Shown: positions 30,251-38,253, counted from the first letter of the stretch. The stretch is DNA of 64,000 bases from Pseudomonadales bacterium (GCA_024234165.1 JACKOP010000005.1:234078-298077), one strand, 5' to 3'. The notes: generated by a model from the letters alone, not told the origin. Program-made: numbers and translations.

Positions 30251-31285
30251 GTGTTCGACGCCGGACACGCCGCCCTGATGGCGCGCTACGGAGCGCGCCT
30301 GCACCCCCGACAACACCAGGCGATGGCCGCCATCCGGGGCTGCCGAAGCGGTGAGCTCGGTGAACTGCACTGGCGCTGTCCCGACTGCAGTGCACGACAC
30401 CACACGCCCCGCTCCTGTGGTCATCGCAGCTGCCCGGCCTGCCAGAACCACTGCACCTCGCAGTGGCTCGATCGGCAACGCCGTAAGCTCCTGCCCGTGG
30501 ACTACTTCATGGTGACCTTTACCTTGCCGGCACCCTTGCGTGCCGCCGCGCAGGCGTACCCCGAAACCGTCTATGCCGCCTTGTTTCGCGCCGCCTCGCA
30601 GACCCTCAACGGTTTCGCGACGCGAAAGCTCAAGGCGGAACTCGGCCAATGCGCGGTACTGCACACCCACAACCGTCGTCTCGATCTGCACCCGCACGTG
30701 CACGTCATCGTGCCCGGAGGCGCAATCGATGCGCGGCGCCGGCAGTGGCGAAAACTCTCCGGGCGTTACCTCTTCAACGCCTTTGCCCTGGCCCGGGTGT
30801 TCCGCGCCCGTATGCTGCAGGCCCTGCAGCTCGCCGGCGTGCCGATCCCTGTCGGCCTGCCGCCGAAATGGGTGGTCGACTGTCGCCGTGTCGGTCGTGG
30901 CGAGCCGGCATTGCAGTACCTCTCGCGCTACCTCTATCGGGGTGTCATCCGCGAGCGCGACCTCCTCGACTACGACCGCCTCGCCGGCACCGTCACCTTC
31001 CGCTACCGTGACGCCAAGACCCGCCAGCCCGCACAGCGCACCCTGCCCATCGCCGAGTTCCTGTGGCGCGTGCTCGCCCACGTCCTGCCGACCGGATTCC
31101 GTCGTGTGCGCGAGTACGGATTCCTGCACTGCCGAGCCAGGCGACGCCTCGTTCTCGTGCAACTCGTCTTGCATGTGCTGGTCCAGGCGGCAACGTTGCG
31201 ACCACGCCCACCGCTGTGTTGCATGCGCTGCCATACCCCGATGATCGTCGTCGCCGTCACCAAACGCCGCAGACCCGACGGCTGA
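30251..31285 (+). CDS. IS91-family HUH-Y2 rolling-circle transposase (N-terminus uncertain or frameshifted)
   Basis: Zn-finger CPDCSARHHTPRSCGHRSCPACQ, HUH motif HPHVHVIVPGG, Y2 motif YLSRYLYRG. An ATG at 30214 (ATGA with the upstream stop) is out of frame by one C in a C7 run. Confidence 0.85.
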   Translation: MFDAGHAALMARYGARLHPRQHQAMAAIRGCRSGELGELHWRCPDCSARHHTPRSCGHRSCPACQNHCTSQWLDRQRRKLLPVDYFMVTFTLPAPLRAAAQAYPETVYAALFRAASQTLNGFATRKLKAELGQCAVLHTHNRRLDLHPHVHVIVPGGAIDARRRQWRKLSGRYLFNAFALARVFRARMLQALQLAGVPIPVGLPPKWVVDCRRVGRGEPALQYLSRYLYRGVIRERDLLDYDRLAGTVTFRYRDAKTRQPAQRTLPIAEFLWRVLAHVLPTGFRRVREYGFLHCRARRRLVLVQLVLHVLVQAATLRPRPPLCCMRCHTPMIVVAVTKRRRPDG

Positions 31286-31529
31286 GGCAACGTTCGCGGA
31301 TCGCCACATGATCCGCTGGCCCGGAGAGCGTGGCGTGCTCGCCGGCAATCCACTCCCGAGGAGGACCTCGCGCCACCGATGGATCCAGCCAGGCAAGACG
31401 TGCTGCGCTCGCGGGTGCGGGCCGCGTTCGCCTGGTGAAAATCATTCCGCCTGATCGGGCAACGACGCCCTCACGCGTCTGAAAAGCTTTCCCCTATAAA
31501 AAGCGTTCGCCACTCCGGGGCACGGGCTT

Positions 31530-31577
31530 GTTCAACCCGGGATCAGGTCGCGGCTGCGCGCGACCTATCCCTATTCG
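31530..31577 (+). other. attC-like site at the end of the recombinase/IS91 unit
   Basis: GTTCAAC-CCGGGATCAGGTCGCGG-CTGCGC-GCGACCTATCCCTATTC-G. G plus the unit's first 6 nt TTGAAC gives GTTGAAC, the complement of GTTCAAC. Confidence 0.7.
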
Positions 31578-32052
31578 ATGGGCTTCAAGGCGCTGCGTAC
31601 CCGCTGGATCGCCCATCTGGAGAGCACGCGGCTTCGCCCCGTGCTGCTGATCGACGAGGCGCAACAGGTCGCCCCGCTCGTGCTCTCGGAGTTGCGCCTG
31701 CTCGCCTCGGCGCACTTCGACTCGCGCAGCCTGCTGAGCGTCGTGCTCGCCGGCGACCAGCGTCTGAACGAGTTGCTGCGCCGCGACGAACTCCTGCTGC
31801 TCGGTTCGCGCATCCGCGCACGCCTCTCGCTGGAGTACGCCAGCCGCGAGGAACTGCTGGCCTGCCTGAAGCACCTGCTCGCAAGCGCCGGCGCCCCGCT
31901 CTGATGACACCCGAGCTGATGCACACCGTCTGCGACCACGCCATGGGTAACTACCGTGCGCTCACCACCATGGCCGCGGAACTGCTCGCCGCCGCCGCGC
32001 AGCGCGAGCTCGTCCAGCTCGACGAGAAGCTGTACCTCGCGGTGTTCACGCC
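31578..32052 (+). pseudogene. ExeA/TniB-like AAA ATPase, C-terminal fragment with an additional frameshift near 31895
   Basis: GFKALRTRWIAHLESTRLRPVLLIDEAQ (Walker B) continues the N-terminal fragment. The frame changes at ...SAGAPL* / MTPELMHTVCDHAMGNYRAL. Confidence 0.65.
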
Positions 32053-32445
32053 CCGGGGCAATCCGCCGGCACGCGCCGCACCCGGCTCACCAGCGCTTGA
32101 GCCGGCAACCATGAAATCGTCCCGGCACCACCCCATCGAATTCCCGAGCAGCTCAGCGACGAGGGCGCGGCACACATCCTCGACTTCCTCTACGAGGTGA
32201 TCCGCGCCTTCGAGTCGCGCTACTTCGTGCAGATCCGTCGCCACCATCGCCACACCGCCGCTGAGTACGCCGCCCAGCGCGCCGAGCGCACCCAGCTCGA
32301 ACTGCCCTCACAATCCCCGACGAGCCGTCCGACCCGGTCTTCTGAGCCATCGTCAGACCGTCGCCACAGCGCCTCGCAGCCGCCGGGCGCTGCGGTTGCG
32401 TCGCACCCAAAACGCGGTCGACACCGGCAGCGCCAATGCCGGACA

Positions 32446-32682
32446 CCTCGCAATATCACATCACGGCTGCAGACCATCAGAAAGCGTGATCAGCTCGCCA
32501 TCGATTACCGTGGTCATGCTCAGGTTACGGACGACTTGCGGGTTCCTCCGGGTAATCGGCTCGAAGCGCTGAGGGGCAGAAGATCTGGCCAGTACAGCAT
32601 TCGTATCAACGATCAATGGCGCGTCTGTTTTCGTTGGGCCGACTCAGGTGTCGAAGACGTCGAGATCGTGGATTACCACTGA
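32446..32682 (+). pseudogene. higB: HigB-like toxin lacking its N-terminus and start codon
   Basis: [49 protein letters not shown]. There is no in-frame start, and it is fused in frame to transposon-derived sequence upstream. Confidence 0.6.
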
Positions 32683-32694
32683 GGTGATGTTGTC

Positions 32695-33033
32695 ATGAGC
32701 AAGCTCGATCCCATTACTCCCGGCAAACTTCTCTTGGAGGAGTTCCTAGCGCCTATGGGGATCAGCCAGTACCGCCTGGCGAAGGAAGTCGATGTGCCGG
32801 CGCAGCGCATCAGCGAAATCGTTTCTGGCAAGCGCGCCATTACTGCGGATACGGACTTGCGGCTGTGCCGTTTCTTCGGTCTTTCCAGCGGCTACTGGTT
32901 GCGTGCGCAGGCCGCGCACGATACGGAGGTTGCCGAGAGGGAACTCGGCCCGGTTCTGAAGCGGATCAAACCATGGGCAGCAAATGCGACCGAACAACAC
33001 GGCGCAGCGGACGCCTCTTCGAGGCGCCGCTGA
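32695..33033 (+). CDS. higA: HigA-family antitoxin (XRE HTH)
   Basis: ITPGKLLLEEFLAPMGISQYRLAKEVDVPAQRISEIVSGKRAITADTDLRLCRFFG. Confidence 0.85.
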   Translation: MSKLDPITPGKLLLEEFLAPMGISQYRLAKEVDVPAQRISEIVSGKRAITADTDLRLCRFFGLSSGYWLRAQAAHDTEVAERELGPVLKRIKPWAANATEQHGAADASSRRR

Positions 33034-33048
33034 CCGCCATCGTTAGCC
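32992..33048 (+). other. probable attC site of the higBA cassette
   Basis: R' GTTAGCC (33042-33048) defines the next cassette start. It has an imperfect hairpin GGCGCAGCGGACGCC / GGCGCCGCTGACCGCC. The R'' GAACAAC is weak. Confidence 0.45.
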
Positions 33049-33053
33049 CCGCT

Positions 33054-33371
33054 TCAAATACCGGTAATGAGCAAGTCGAGAGCAGCAATAATTTCGTCAC
33101 GCTTCGAAGAAAGATCGATCGCCTTCGCTCCAAGCATCTTCTTCGGAACGCCGGCCAGTTGCGGCGTCACCATGACGTACTGCTTACCTTCAATCTCAAA
33201 GACTGGAGTCAACGTTTCGAGGATCTTTCCTTTCATCGCAGCTACTGAGTAGAGGGGCGCCACAACTCGCGTGGCCAGATCTTCAATCAGATCGCTTTGA
33301 ACGTTGAGCAGATAAGGAACGGTGCTCTTGGTGTCAGGGTTGGCGTTCTTGTGAACGGAAAATTGCGTCAT
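33054..33371 (-). CDS. ccdB: CcdB-family gyrase toxin
   Basis: MTQFSVHKNANPDTKSTVPYLLNVQSDL...LTPVFEIEGKQYVMVTPQLAGV. 105 aa. Confidence 0.85.
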   Translation of the reverse strand: MTQFSVHKNANPDTKSTVPYLLNVQSDLIEDLATRVVAPLYSVAAMKGKILETLTPVFEIEGKQYVMVTPQLAGVPKKMLGAKAIDLSSKRDEIIAALDLLITGI

Positions 33372-33616
33372 CAGAAGTTCCGCAGTCCGTCGCTGAATAC
33401 GCCGTGCTTCTCTACGTGGTCGTTATAGGCGTCAATCGAGGCCTTATTGTCGGCTAGCCATTTGGCCTTCTGTTTCTCCCGCAGGGCATTGGCCAGAGCC
33501 TGCTCCAGGGTGGCGGACAGGTTTATGTCCAATTCCTTGGCTTTGGTGAGCAAGTCCCCGTTAACGCTGAGATTTGCAGGTCGCTTGGGGGCATGGGTAT
33601 CGTAGGTCGGCACCAT
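33371..33616 (-). CDS. ccdA: CcdA-family antitoxin
   Basis: 81 aa. KRPANLSVNGDLLTKAKELDINLSATLEQAL. Its stop abuts the ccdB start. Confidence 0.8.
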   Translation of the reverse strand: MVPTYDTHAPKRPANLSVNGDLLTKAKELDINLSATLEQALANALREKQKAKWLADNKASIDAYNDHVEKHGVFSDGLRNF

Positions 33617-33688
33617 AGCGGGCTCCCTCTGGGGTTTGTATGCGCATACGATATACGCATATCAAGGCGCAAGCCAGTGTGGTGGCGG

Positions 33689-33766
33689 GGCTAACGAATA
33701 GGTGAGCCTGACCAGACTACCCTCCGCGCTGCGCGCTCCGGCGGCGGCTCATGCACGCCGTTAGGG
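33689..33766 (+). other. attC site of the ccdAB cassette
   Basis: R'' is GGCTAAC, the complement of the cassette start G|TTAGCC. R' is GTTAGGG. Internal stem TGAGCC/GGCTCA. Confidence 0.8.
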
Positions 33767-33979
33767 TTGCTTGGCAAGTGCTTGCGCCAGCGTCATCGCG
33801 ATCGCCGGGAATTCCTTGAGTATCTTCTTGTCGGCAGTAACGAGTTTCGCGTTCAGGCGCTTTGCCAGCGCAACAAACTCACAGTCGTACGCAGAGCACT
33901 CGCTGGATTCCACCAGCCTCAGGACGTCGAGGGAGGGAACTTCATATTCCGAATCTGCGTAAGCGGTCAAACGACGCCG

Positions 33980-35590
33980 TTATATCTTTCCGTAGGCGAG
34001 TATGGATTTCATGGGATCGTGGGCGAAGCGTGCCTTCCACTCGCGTGGCGTGAGCTCGACCGCCCGACTCGCCGGATGTTCGCTGATGCGCTGCAGTACA
34101 TCGACCAGGTAGGTGTAGGGGTCAACGCCCTGTAGGCGGCAACTCACCAGCAGGCTCTGGATAACCGCTACCCGCTCGGCACCGACCTCGGTCCAACAGA
34201 AGAGCCAATTGCGCCGTCCCATTGGAACCGCCCGCAGGCTGCGCTCCAGGTGATTGGTGTCGATCGGCACATCCGGATCCGACAAGAACACCCGCAGACT
34301 CGTCACACGCGCTTTTGCGTACTGGATCGCCTTGGCGAGCGGGTTACTCGGCAACAGATCCATGCGGTGGCACTGGTCGTCACACCAGTGCCAGAAGCGG
34401 TCGACGATCGGCTCGCTGTGCTGTGTTCGGTAAGCGAGCTGGTGTTCCCGGTCCAGGTTCTGTTCCCGGATGATCTGCTCGTGCCGGTACAGCGCGGCGA
34501 TCATCGCCAGCGCTTCGGCCGCCGCCTGGGGTTCGGCATCCTGTGCCTGCTCAAAGCCTCGGCGGCAATGCGCCCAGCAACTCGCGTGGGTGACGCCACC
34601 CTTGCGTGCCGCATAGGCGCTGTAGGCAGCGTAGCCGTCCGAGAGCAGCGTTCCCCGGAAGTCCGGACCCAGGATCTTCTCGACATGGTGGTGCGCCCGG
34701 GTCGGGGCGTAGTGGAAGACGATCTCGTCGTCCTCGCCGTAGATCGGCCAGAGGTAGGCCTGGCGCATCTTGCCCTGCTTCTCGCGTCCCGCCTTGATCG
34801 GGGTCTCGTCCATCGCCACCACCGATCCACTGAGGATGTGGGCGTGCTGGGCCGCTGCGATGGGGCGCAGCAGATCGATGGCCCGTCCGCTCCAGTTGCT
34901 GAGGCTGGTGCGGCTCAGCTGGATGCCGCACTGGGCGATCCGCTGGTGCTGGCGATACAGCGGCAGGTGGTAGCAGAACTTGTCGACGAGCATTCCGGCC
35001 AGCAGGCTCACATCGGCCACGCAGCGCTCGAGCACGCTTGCCGGTGCCGGGGTGCTGACGATGCGCTGCTCTTCGACCAGCTTCCAGGTCTGGTAGTGGT
35101 ACTCGATGATCCCGTAGCTACCCGGGCGTTGCGCCAGGCGGTAGCTGACGCGCTCGGAGACCAGCACGCGCCGCTCCTCGGGTACGCCAGCAATCGCCGG
35201 ATCGACGATGGTGACCACGTCGCGGGTGACATCCGGACCAAAGCGCAGTCCCGAGTCGTTCACCGCCGCATCGCGCACCTTGCGCCGGCGCGTGTAGGTA
35301 ATCGACTGCTCGGGAGGCGGTGGGGACTTCTGCGGAGGTTCAAGCACGCCGAGTGCATCGAGCAGGTTGCCCTGCACGGCAGGATCGATGCTCAGCTGCT
35401 TCTCGCTCTTCTGCCCGAAGAGCTGACGCTTGAACCAGTCGAGCTGCTGCTTCAGCGCTGCGATCTCGGCGCCGTACTGTTGCTTCAGTGTGCTGAGATC
35501 CGCGCCAAATTTCTGCGTCATCGCGGCCATCCGCACCGTGAGTTGCGCATTGGTGTGTTCGAGTTCGGCGATGCGCGAAGCGGTGTTCAA
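33980..35590 (-). CDS. IS66 TnpC DDE transposase (apparently intact)
   Basis: 536 aa. Contains VVAMDETPIK and the C-terminal CWAHCRRGF region. Confidence 0.9.
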   Translation of the reverse strand: MNTASRIAELEHTNAQLTVRMAAMTQKFGADLSTLKQQYGAEIAALKQQLDWFKRQLFGQKSEKQLSIDPAVQGNLLDALGVLEPPQKSPPPPEQSITYTRRRKVRDAAVNDSGLRFGPDVTRDVVTIVDPAIAGVPEERRVLVSERVSYRLAQRPGSYGIIEYHYQTWKLVEEQRIVSTPAPASVLERCVADVSLLAGMLVDKFCYHLPLYRQHQRIAQCGIQLSRTSLSNWSGRAIDLLRPIAAAQHAHILSGSVVAMDETPIKAGREKQGKMRQAYLWPIYGEDDEIVFHYAPTRAHHHVEKILGPDFRGTLLSDGYAAYSAYAARKGGVTHASCWAHCRRGFEQAQDAEPQAAAEALAMIAALYRHEQIIREQNLDREHQLAYRTQHSEPIVDRFWHWCDDQCHRMDLLPSNPLAKAIQYAKARVTSLRVFLSDPDVPIDTNHLERSLRAVPMGRRNWLFCWTEVGAERVAVIQSLLVSCRLQGVDPYTYLVDVLQRISEHPASRAVELTPREWKARFAHDPMKSILAYGKI

Positions 35591-35647
35591 GGGCGGAAAA
35601 TACTGCAGGAAAACCGTGCCGCCATTGTACCGGAATGCCCCTGTTGT

Positions 35648-36003
35648 TCATGCCGCTGTTCGGTAGCGTTTTCGCTGCCTTTTTATCTCGACGTCGACGC
35701 CTTCGAGCAGCGCCAGAAACTCGGTGGCGCACAGCGCGCGTTTCACGCGTCCATCACGTGTCATCAGGCGTGCAAAGTGTCCGCGCTCGAGTCGTTTCGA
35801 CCAGATCCAGTAGCCGCCCGCCTCGAAGCCGAGCACCTTGATCTGCGTGGCGCGACGGTTGAGAAACGCGAACCATTGGCTGCCACCCAGTGGGTCTTCT
35901 CCCGGTGTTGCTTCACCCGCGCCGACAACCCATCGAACGAGCAGCGCATGTCGGTGGGCTCCAGACACAGCCAGATGCGCGATGCGCTGCTGACGCTCAG
36001 CAT
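35648..36003 (-). pseudogene. IS66 Orf2 (TnpB), frameshifted
   Basis: Relative to copy 1 it has a 3-nt and a 1-nt deletion (CCCAGGTG to CCCGGTG). This splits MLSVSSASRIWLCLEPTDMRCSFDGLSARVKQH from ...DPLGGSQWFAFLNRRATQIKVLGFE. Confidence 0.7.
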
Positions 36004-36046
36004 GGCGCGCGCCCGGCGCAGCCGCAGCACCACGCCTGCGCCCAAA

Positions 36047-36343
36047 TCAAGCTCTACTTCCCATGCGGGTGCGGGCTGGTGACGCCTCGGTCTTGTCGAC
36101 TATCGGTGCGGTCAATTCGACAAACAGCGCTTCGGGCCGAACGCCCGCCACATCAGCGTTTCGGGTTTCGCGTAGCTTGCGCCGCCACAGCTCGAAGGTG
36201 CTCTTCGCCAGGCCGTGGCGGGTGCAGAACGTCCGCTGCGAAACGCCGCTCGCCTCGAACTCGCTGATCAGCACGCGCCACTGTGCCGCGCTGTGGCGCG
36301 CATACTTGCGCACGGAATCTGAACCCGTCGATACCGAACCCAT
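36047..36343 (-). CDS. IS66 Orf1 (TnpA) with an altered, shortened C-terminus
   Basis: 98 aa. It diverges from copy 1 after ...DKTEASPA because of a 1-nt insertion. Confidence 0.6.
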   Translation of the reverse strand: MGSVSTGSDSVRKYARHSAAQWRVLISEFEASGVSQRTFCTRHGLAKSTFELWRRKLRETRNADVAGVRPEALFVELTAPIVDKTEASPARTRMGSRA

Positions 36344-36648
36344 GGCGATACTCCTCCAACACCACTTCGTTGAAGCAGAGCATCGCGAAGGTTCAGACGG
36401 GATAACAGAACGGCTTCGTTTGGCCGGTTACGAATCTGCGAGCAGAGTCTCGGCTTCAGTTTGAATGGAATAGGCGTGCTCGAAGGAAAGCAGCTCCTTT
36501 CTTATATATAGCGCAAGCACATTGCGCAGCTCGCTGCGCCAAAGTGCGGGGGCGGCCCAATGAGGTTCCTTTGCCAGCAGCTGCTCTGCCTCGGCGCTGA
36601 GGTCTGAGGGCAGGTAGAGGTAGGCAATGATGTTGCTATCAACAACGA

Positions 36649-36894
36649 TCACGGGCGGCCTTCATCTATGGCCTCGAGAATATCGGCCGCTTTGAACTTC
36701 TTGCCCTTGAGGCTCTCCCGAATCTGCCGAGCGCGGGCCATATGCTCCTCATTGCTGGCCTTGGAAGGCAGCAAGACCCGCTCCAGGCAGGCTATGGCTT
36801 CGCTGTTAATGCTCCGGTGGTGGGCATCGGCAGCCTGCTTGAGGCTGTCGTAGATCTCATCGGGTATGTTCTTGAGGGTAATGGTTGCACCCAT
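36649..36894 (-). CDS. Arc/FitA-like ribbon-helix-helix antitoxin (VapB-type)
   Basis: 81 aa. MGATITLKNIPDEIYDSLKQAADAHHRSINSEAIACLE. Its stop overlaps the disrupted PIN gene start. Confidence 0.75.
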   Translation of the reverse strand: MGATITLKNIPDEIYDSLKQAADAHHRSINSEAIACLERVLLPSKASNEEHMARARQIRESLKGKKFKAADILEAIDEGRP

Positions 36895-36956
36895 AGCGGC
36901 TTACCTTGGAACCATATTGGAACCAATATGGTATCTCTGGGCGCCGGGCGGAGCAA

Positions 36957-37010
36957 CCCTAACGAATAGGGATAGGTCGCGCGCCGCCGCGACCTGAGCC
37001 CGGGTTAGGG
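36957..37010 (+). other. attC site of the vapBC::IS66 cassette
   Basis: CCCTAAC-GAATAGGGATAGGTCGCG-CGCCGC-CGCGACCTGAGCCCGG-GTTAGGG. R'' is the complement of the cassette start G|TTAGGG at 33760. Confidence 0.88.
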
Positions 37011-37391
37011 CCGCTCTACGCGTCGTTCCGTATGCTTCTTGGTATTCTTGATGAAGTTGGCGTCGAAGGTCTTGAGCGTGTCCTGATCCTTGCTTAGTGC
37101 AAGATGAAACGCATCGGCAAAGTCGAATCCCACCTCGTGCCAGGCAATGACCTGGGCAATGAGCGTGCCGTCGCTAACTGTCACGTTTTGTAGGCCACAT
37201 ACGCGCCGGAATGCGGTGCATATGTCTGCTGGGGTTAAGTCGAAGGCGGCGCGTAATACCCACTCGGTTTCCAGCAGCACGGTGTCCGGAATGAAGATGT
37301 CTTCGGAAGCGAAGAGTTTGTGGCTGGCTTTGCTCTGGATCGCGTTGTCGCTGACCAGCAGCCGTACCAGTACATTGGTATCAATTGCCAT
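37005..37391 (-). CDS. PIN-domain toxin (VapC family)
   Basis: MAIDTNVLVRLLVSDN...IFIPDTVLLETEWVL...DFADAFHL. Confidence 0.85.
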   Translation of the reverse strand: MAIDTNVLVRLLVSDNAIQSKASHKLFASEDIFIPDTVLLETEWVLRAAFDLTPADICTAFRRVCGLQNVTVSDGTLIAQVIAWHEVGFDFADAFHLALSKDQDTLKTFDANFIKNTKKHTERRVERP

Positions 37392-37644
37392 CACGCCACT
37401 TACTCCGCATGTCGTGAGCCAATGCTGCCGCAATTTCCTCGTCCGTCTTCGGGGATACCTTATCTTTGAACATGCCAAAGACCTCGGAGAGGTCCGAGGG
37501 GGCAAAAGTGGCCTTGGGCTTAAGCAGGAGGCCGTCCCCGGTGTCTATCACCATGAGTTCAAGGCCGGGCTCCCAGTGATGGGTGCTCCGGAAGGCCTTG
37601 GGTATGATCACTTGGCCTTTGCTGGAGAGTTTAGTGGTTTCCAT
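37381..37644 (-). CDS. AbrB/MazE/SpoVT-family antitoxin
   Basis: METTKLSSKGQVIIPKAFR. 87 aa. 11-nt overlap with the PIN gene. Confidence 0.85.
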   Translation of the reverse strand: METTKLSSKGQVIIPKAFRSTHHWEPGLELMVIDTGDGLLLKPKATFAPSDLSEVFGMFKDKVSPKTDEEIAAALAHDMRSKWRDGN

Positions 37645-37715
37645 AAGGGCGCCCTAAAAGTAAGACGAAGGTAAGATTATGCCTGCGGGGCCTGCCTGTC
37701 AAATCGAGCAGGCTG

Positions 37716-37769
37716 CCCTGACAAATAGGGATAGCCCGCGCGCAACCGCGACCTGATCCCGGATTGAAC
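37716..37769 (+). other. attC site of the PIN/AbrB cassette (slightly degenerate)
   Basis: CCCTGAC-AAATAGGGATAGCCCGCG-CGCAAC-CGCGACCTGATCCCGG-ATTGAAC. R'' has one mismatch to the complement of the cassette start TTAGGG. R' has A in place of G. Confidence 0.7.
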
Positions 37770-37830
37770 AAGCCCGTGCCCCGGAGTGCCGGGCCAAAGG
37801 TTTTCCAGTCCGGCAAGCCTTGGCGGCAGG

Positions 37831-38253
37831 CTATGCGGCCGCTGTCATGTGCCGGCGGTGGACGAGATCGAACAGAACCCCGGCCACGATCAGCAGCACG
37901 ATGGCTTCCACCACCTGCACGCCCAGCAGCAGCCAGGTCGCGCCTTCCACGCCGACGAAGAACTGCATGTTGGGCAGCACGACGAACAGTCCGCCCCACA
38001 GGCCCCACCAGATCGCCTTGCCGACGCCGCCGGCCGGATAGAGCCGCATGAACAACCACAGGAACATGGTGATCTGGACCAGGTAGGTCAGGAACAGGAA
38101 GGGCATCAGCGCGGCCATTTCCGCGCTGGAGCGCTGCGGGTAGCCTTCGTACAGATTGGGCACGGCCACTGCGTGAAACGCCACATCGGCCACGAAGAGG
38201 ATCACGGCCAAAATCACGCTCGTCACCAGAAACCGCACCGTCAGCTTGTTCAT
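37831..38253 (-). CDS. small integral membrane protein (4 predicted TM segments), function unknown
   Basis: Starts MNKLTVRFLVTSVILAVILFV. Hydrophobic throughout. Confidence 0.55.
   Translation of the reverse strand: MNKLTVRFLVTSVILAVILFVADVAFHAVAVPNLYEGYPQRSSAEMAALMPFLFLTYLVQITMFLWLFMRLYPAGGVGKAIWWGLWGGLFVVLPNMQFFVGVEGATWLLLGVQVVEAIVLLIVAGVLFDLVHRRHMTAAA

Larger units (their letters stand above)
29200..31577 (+). mobile_element. cassette-shaped unit: tyrosine recombinase + IS91-family transposase + attC-like site
   Basis: Starts TTGAAC. It ends GTTCAAC...CTATTCG, identical to the reverse complement of attC 25542-25589. It interrupts the ExeA-like ORF at ctgG|ATGg. Confidence 0.75.
33959..36431 (-). 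mobile_element. IS66-family insertion sequence, copy 2, with an 8-bp target-site duplication
   Basis: 2,473 bp. The inverted repeats start GTAAGCGGTCAAACG / GTAACCGGCCAAACG. GAATCTGC is present at 33951-33958 and 36432-36439. Confidence 0.92.
33761..36652 (-). pseudogene. vapC: PIN-domain VapC toxin gene split by IS66 copy 2
   Basis: The N-terminal part (36652-36432, MIVVDSNIIAYLYL...TLLADS) and the C-terminal part (33958-33761, ...EYEVPSLDVLRLVESSECSAYDCEFVALA...) rejoin in frame once the IS and one TSD copy are removed. Confidence 0.8.

Noticed and set aside
32197-32682. The 161-aa ORF as a single genuine protein
   Set aside because: It is a chimera. Its N-terminal half continues a start-less transposon-derived frame, and its C-terminal half is a truncated HigB.
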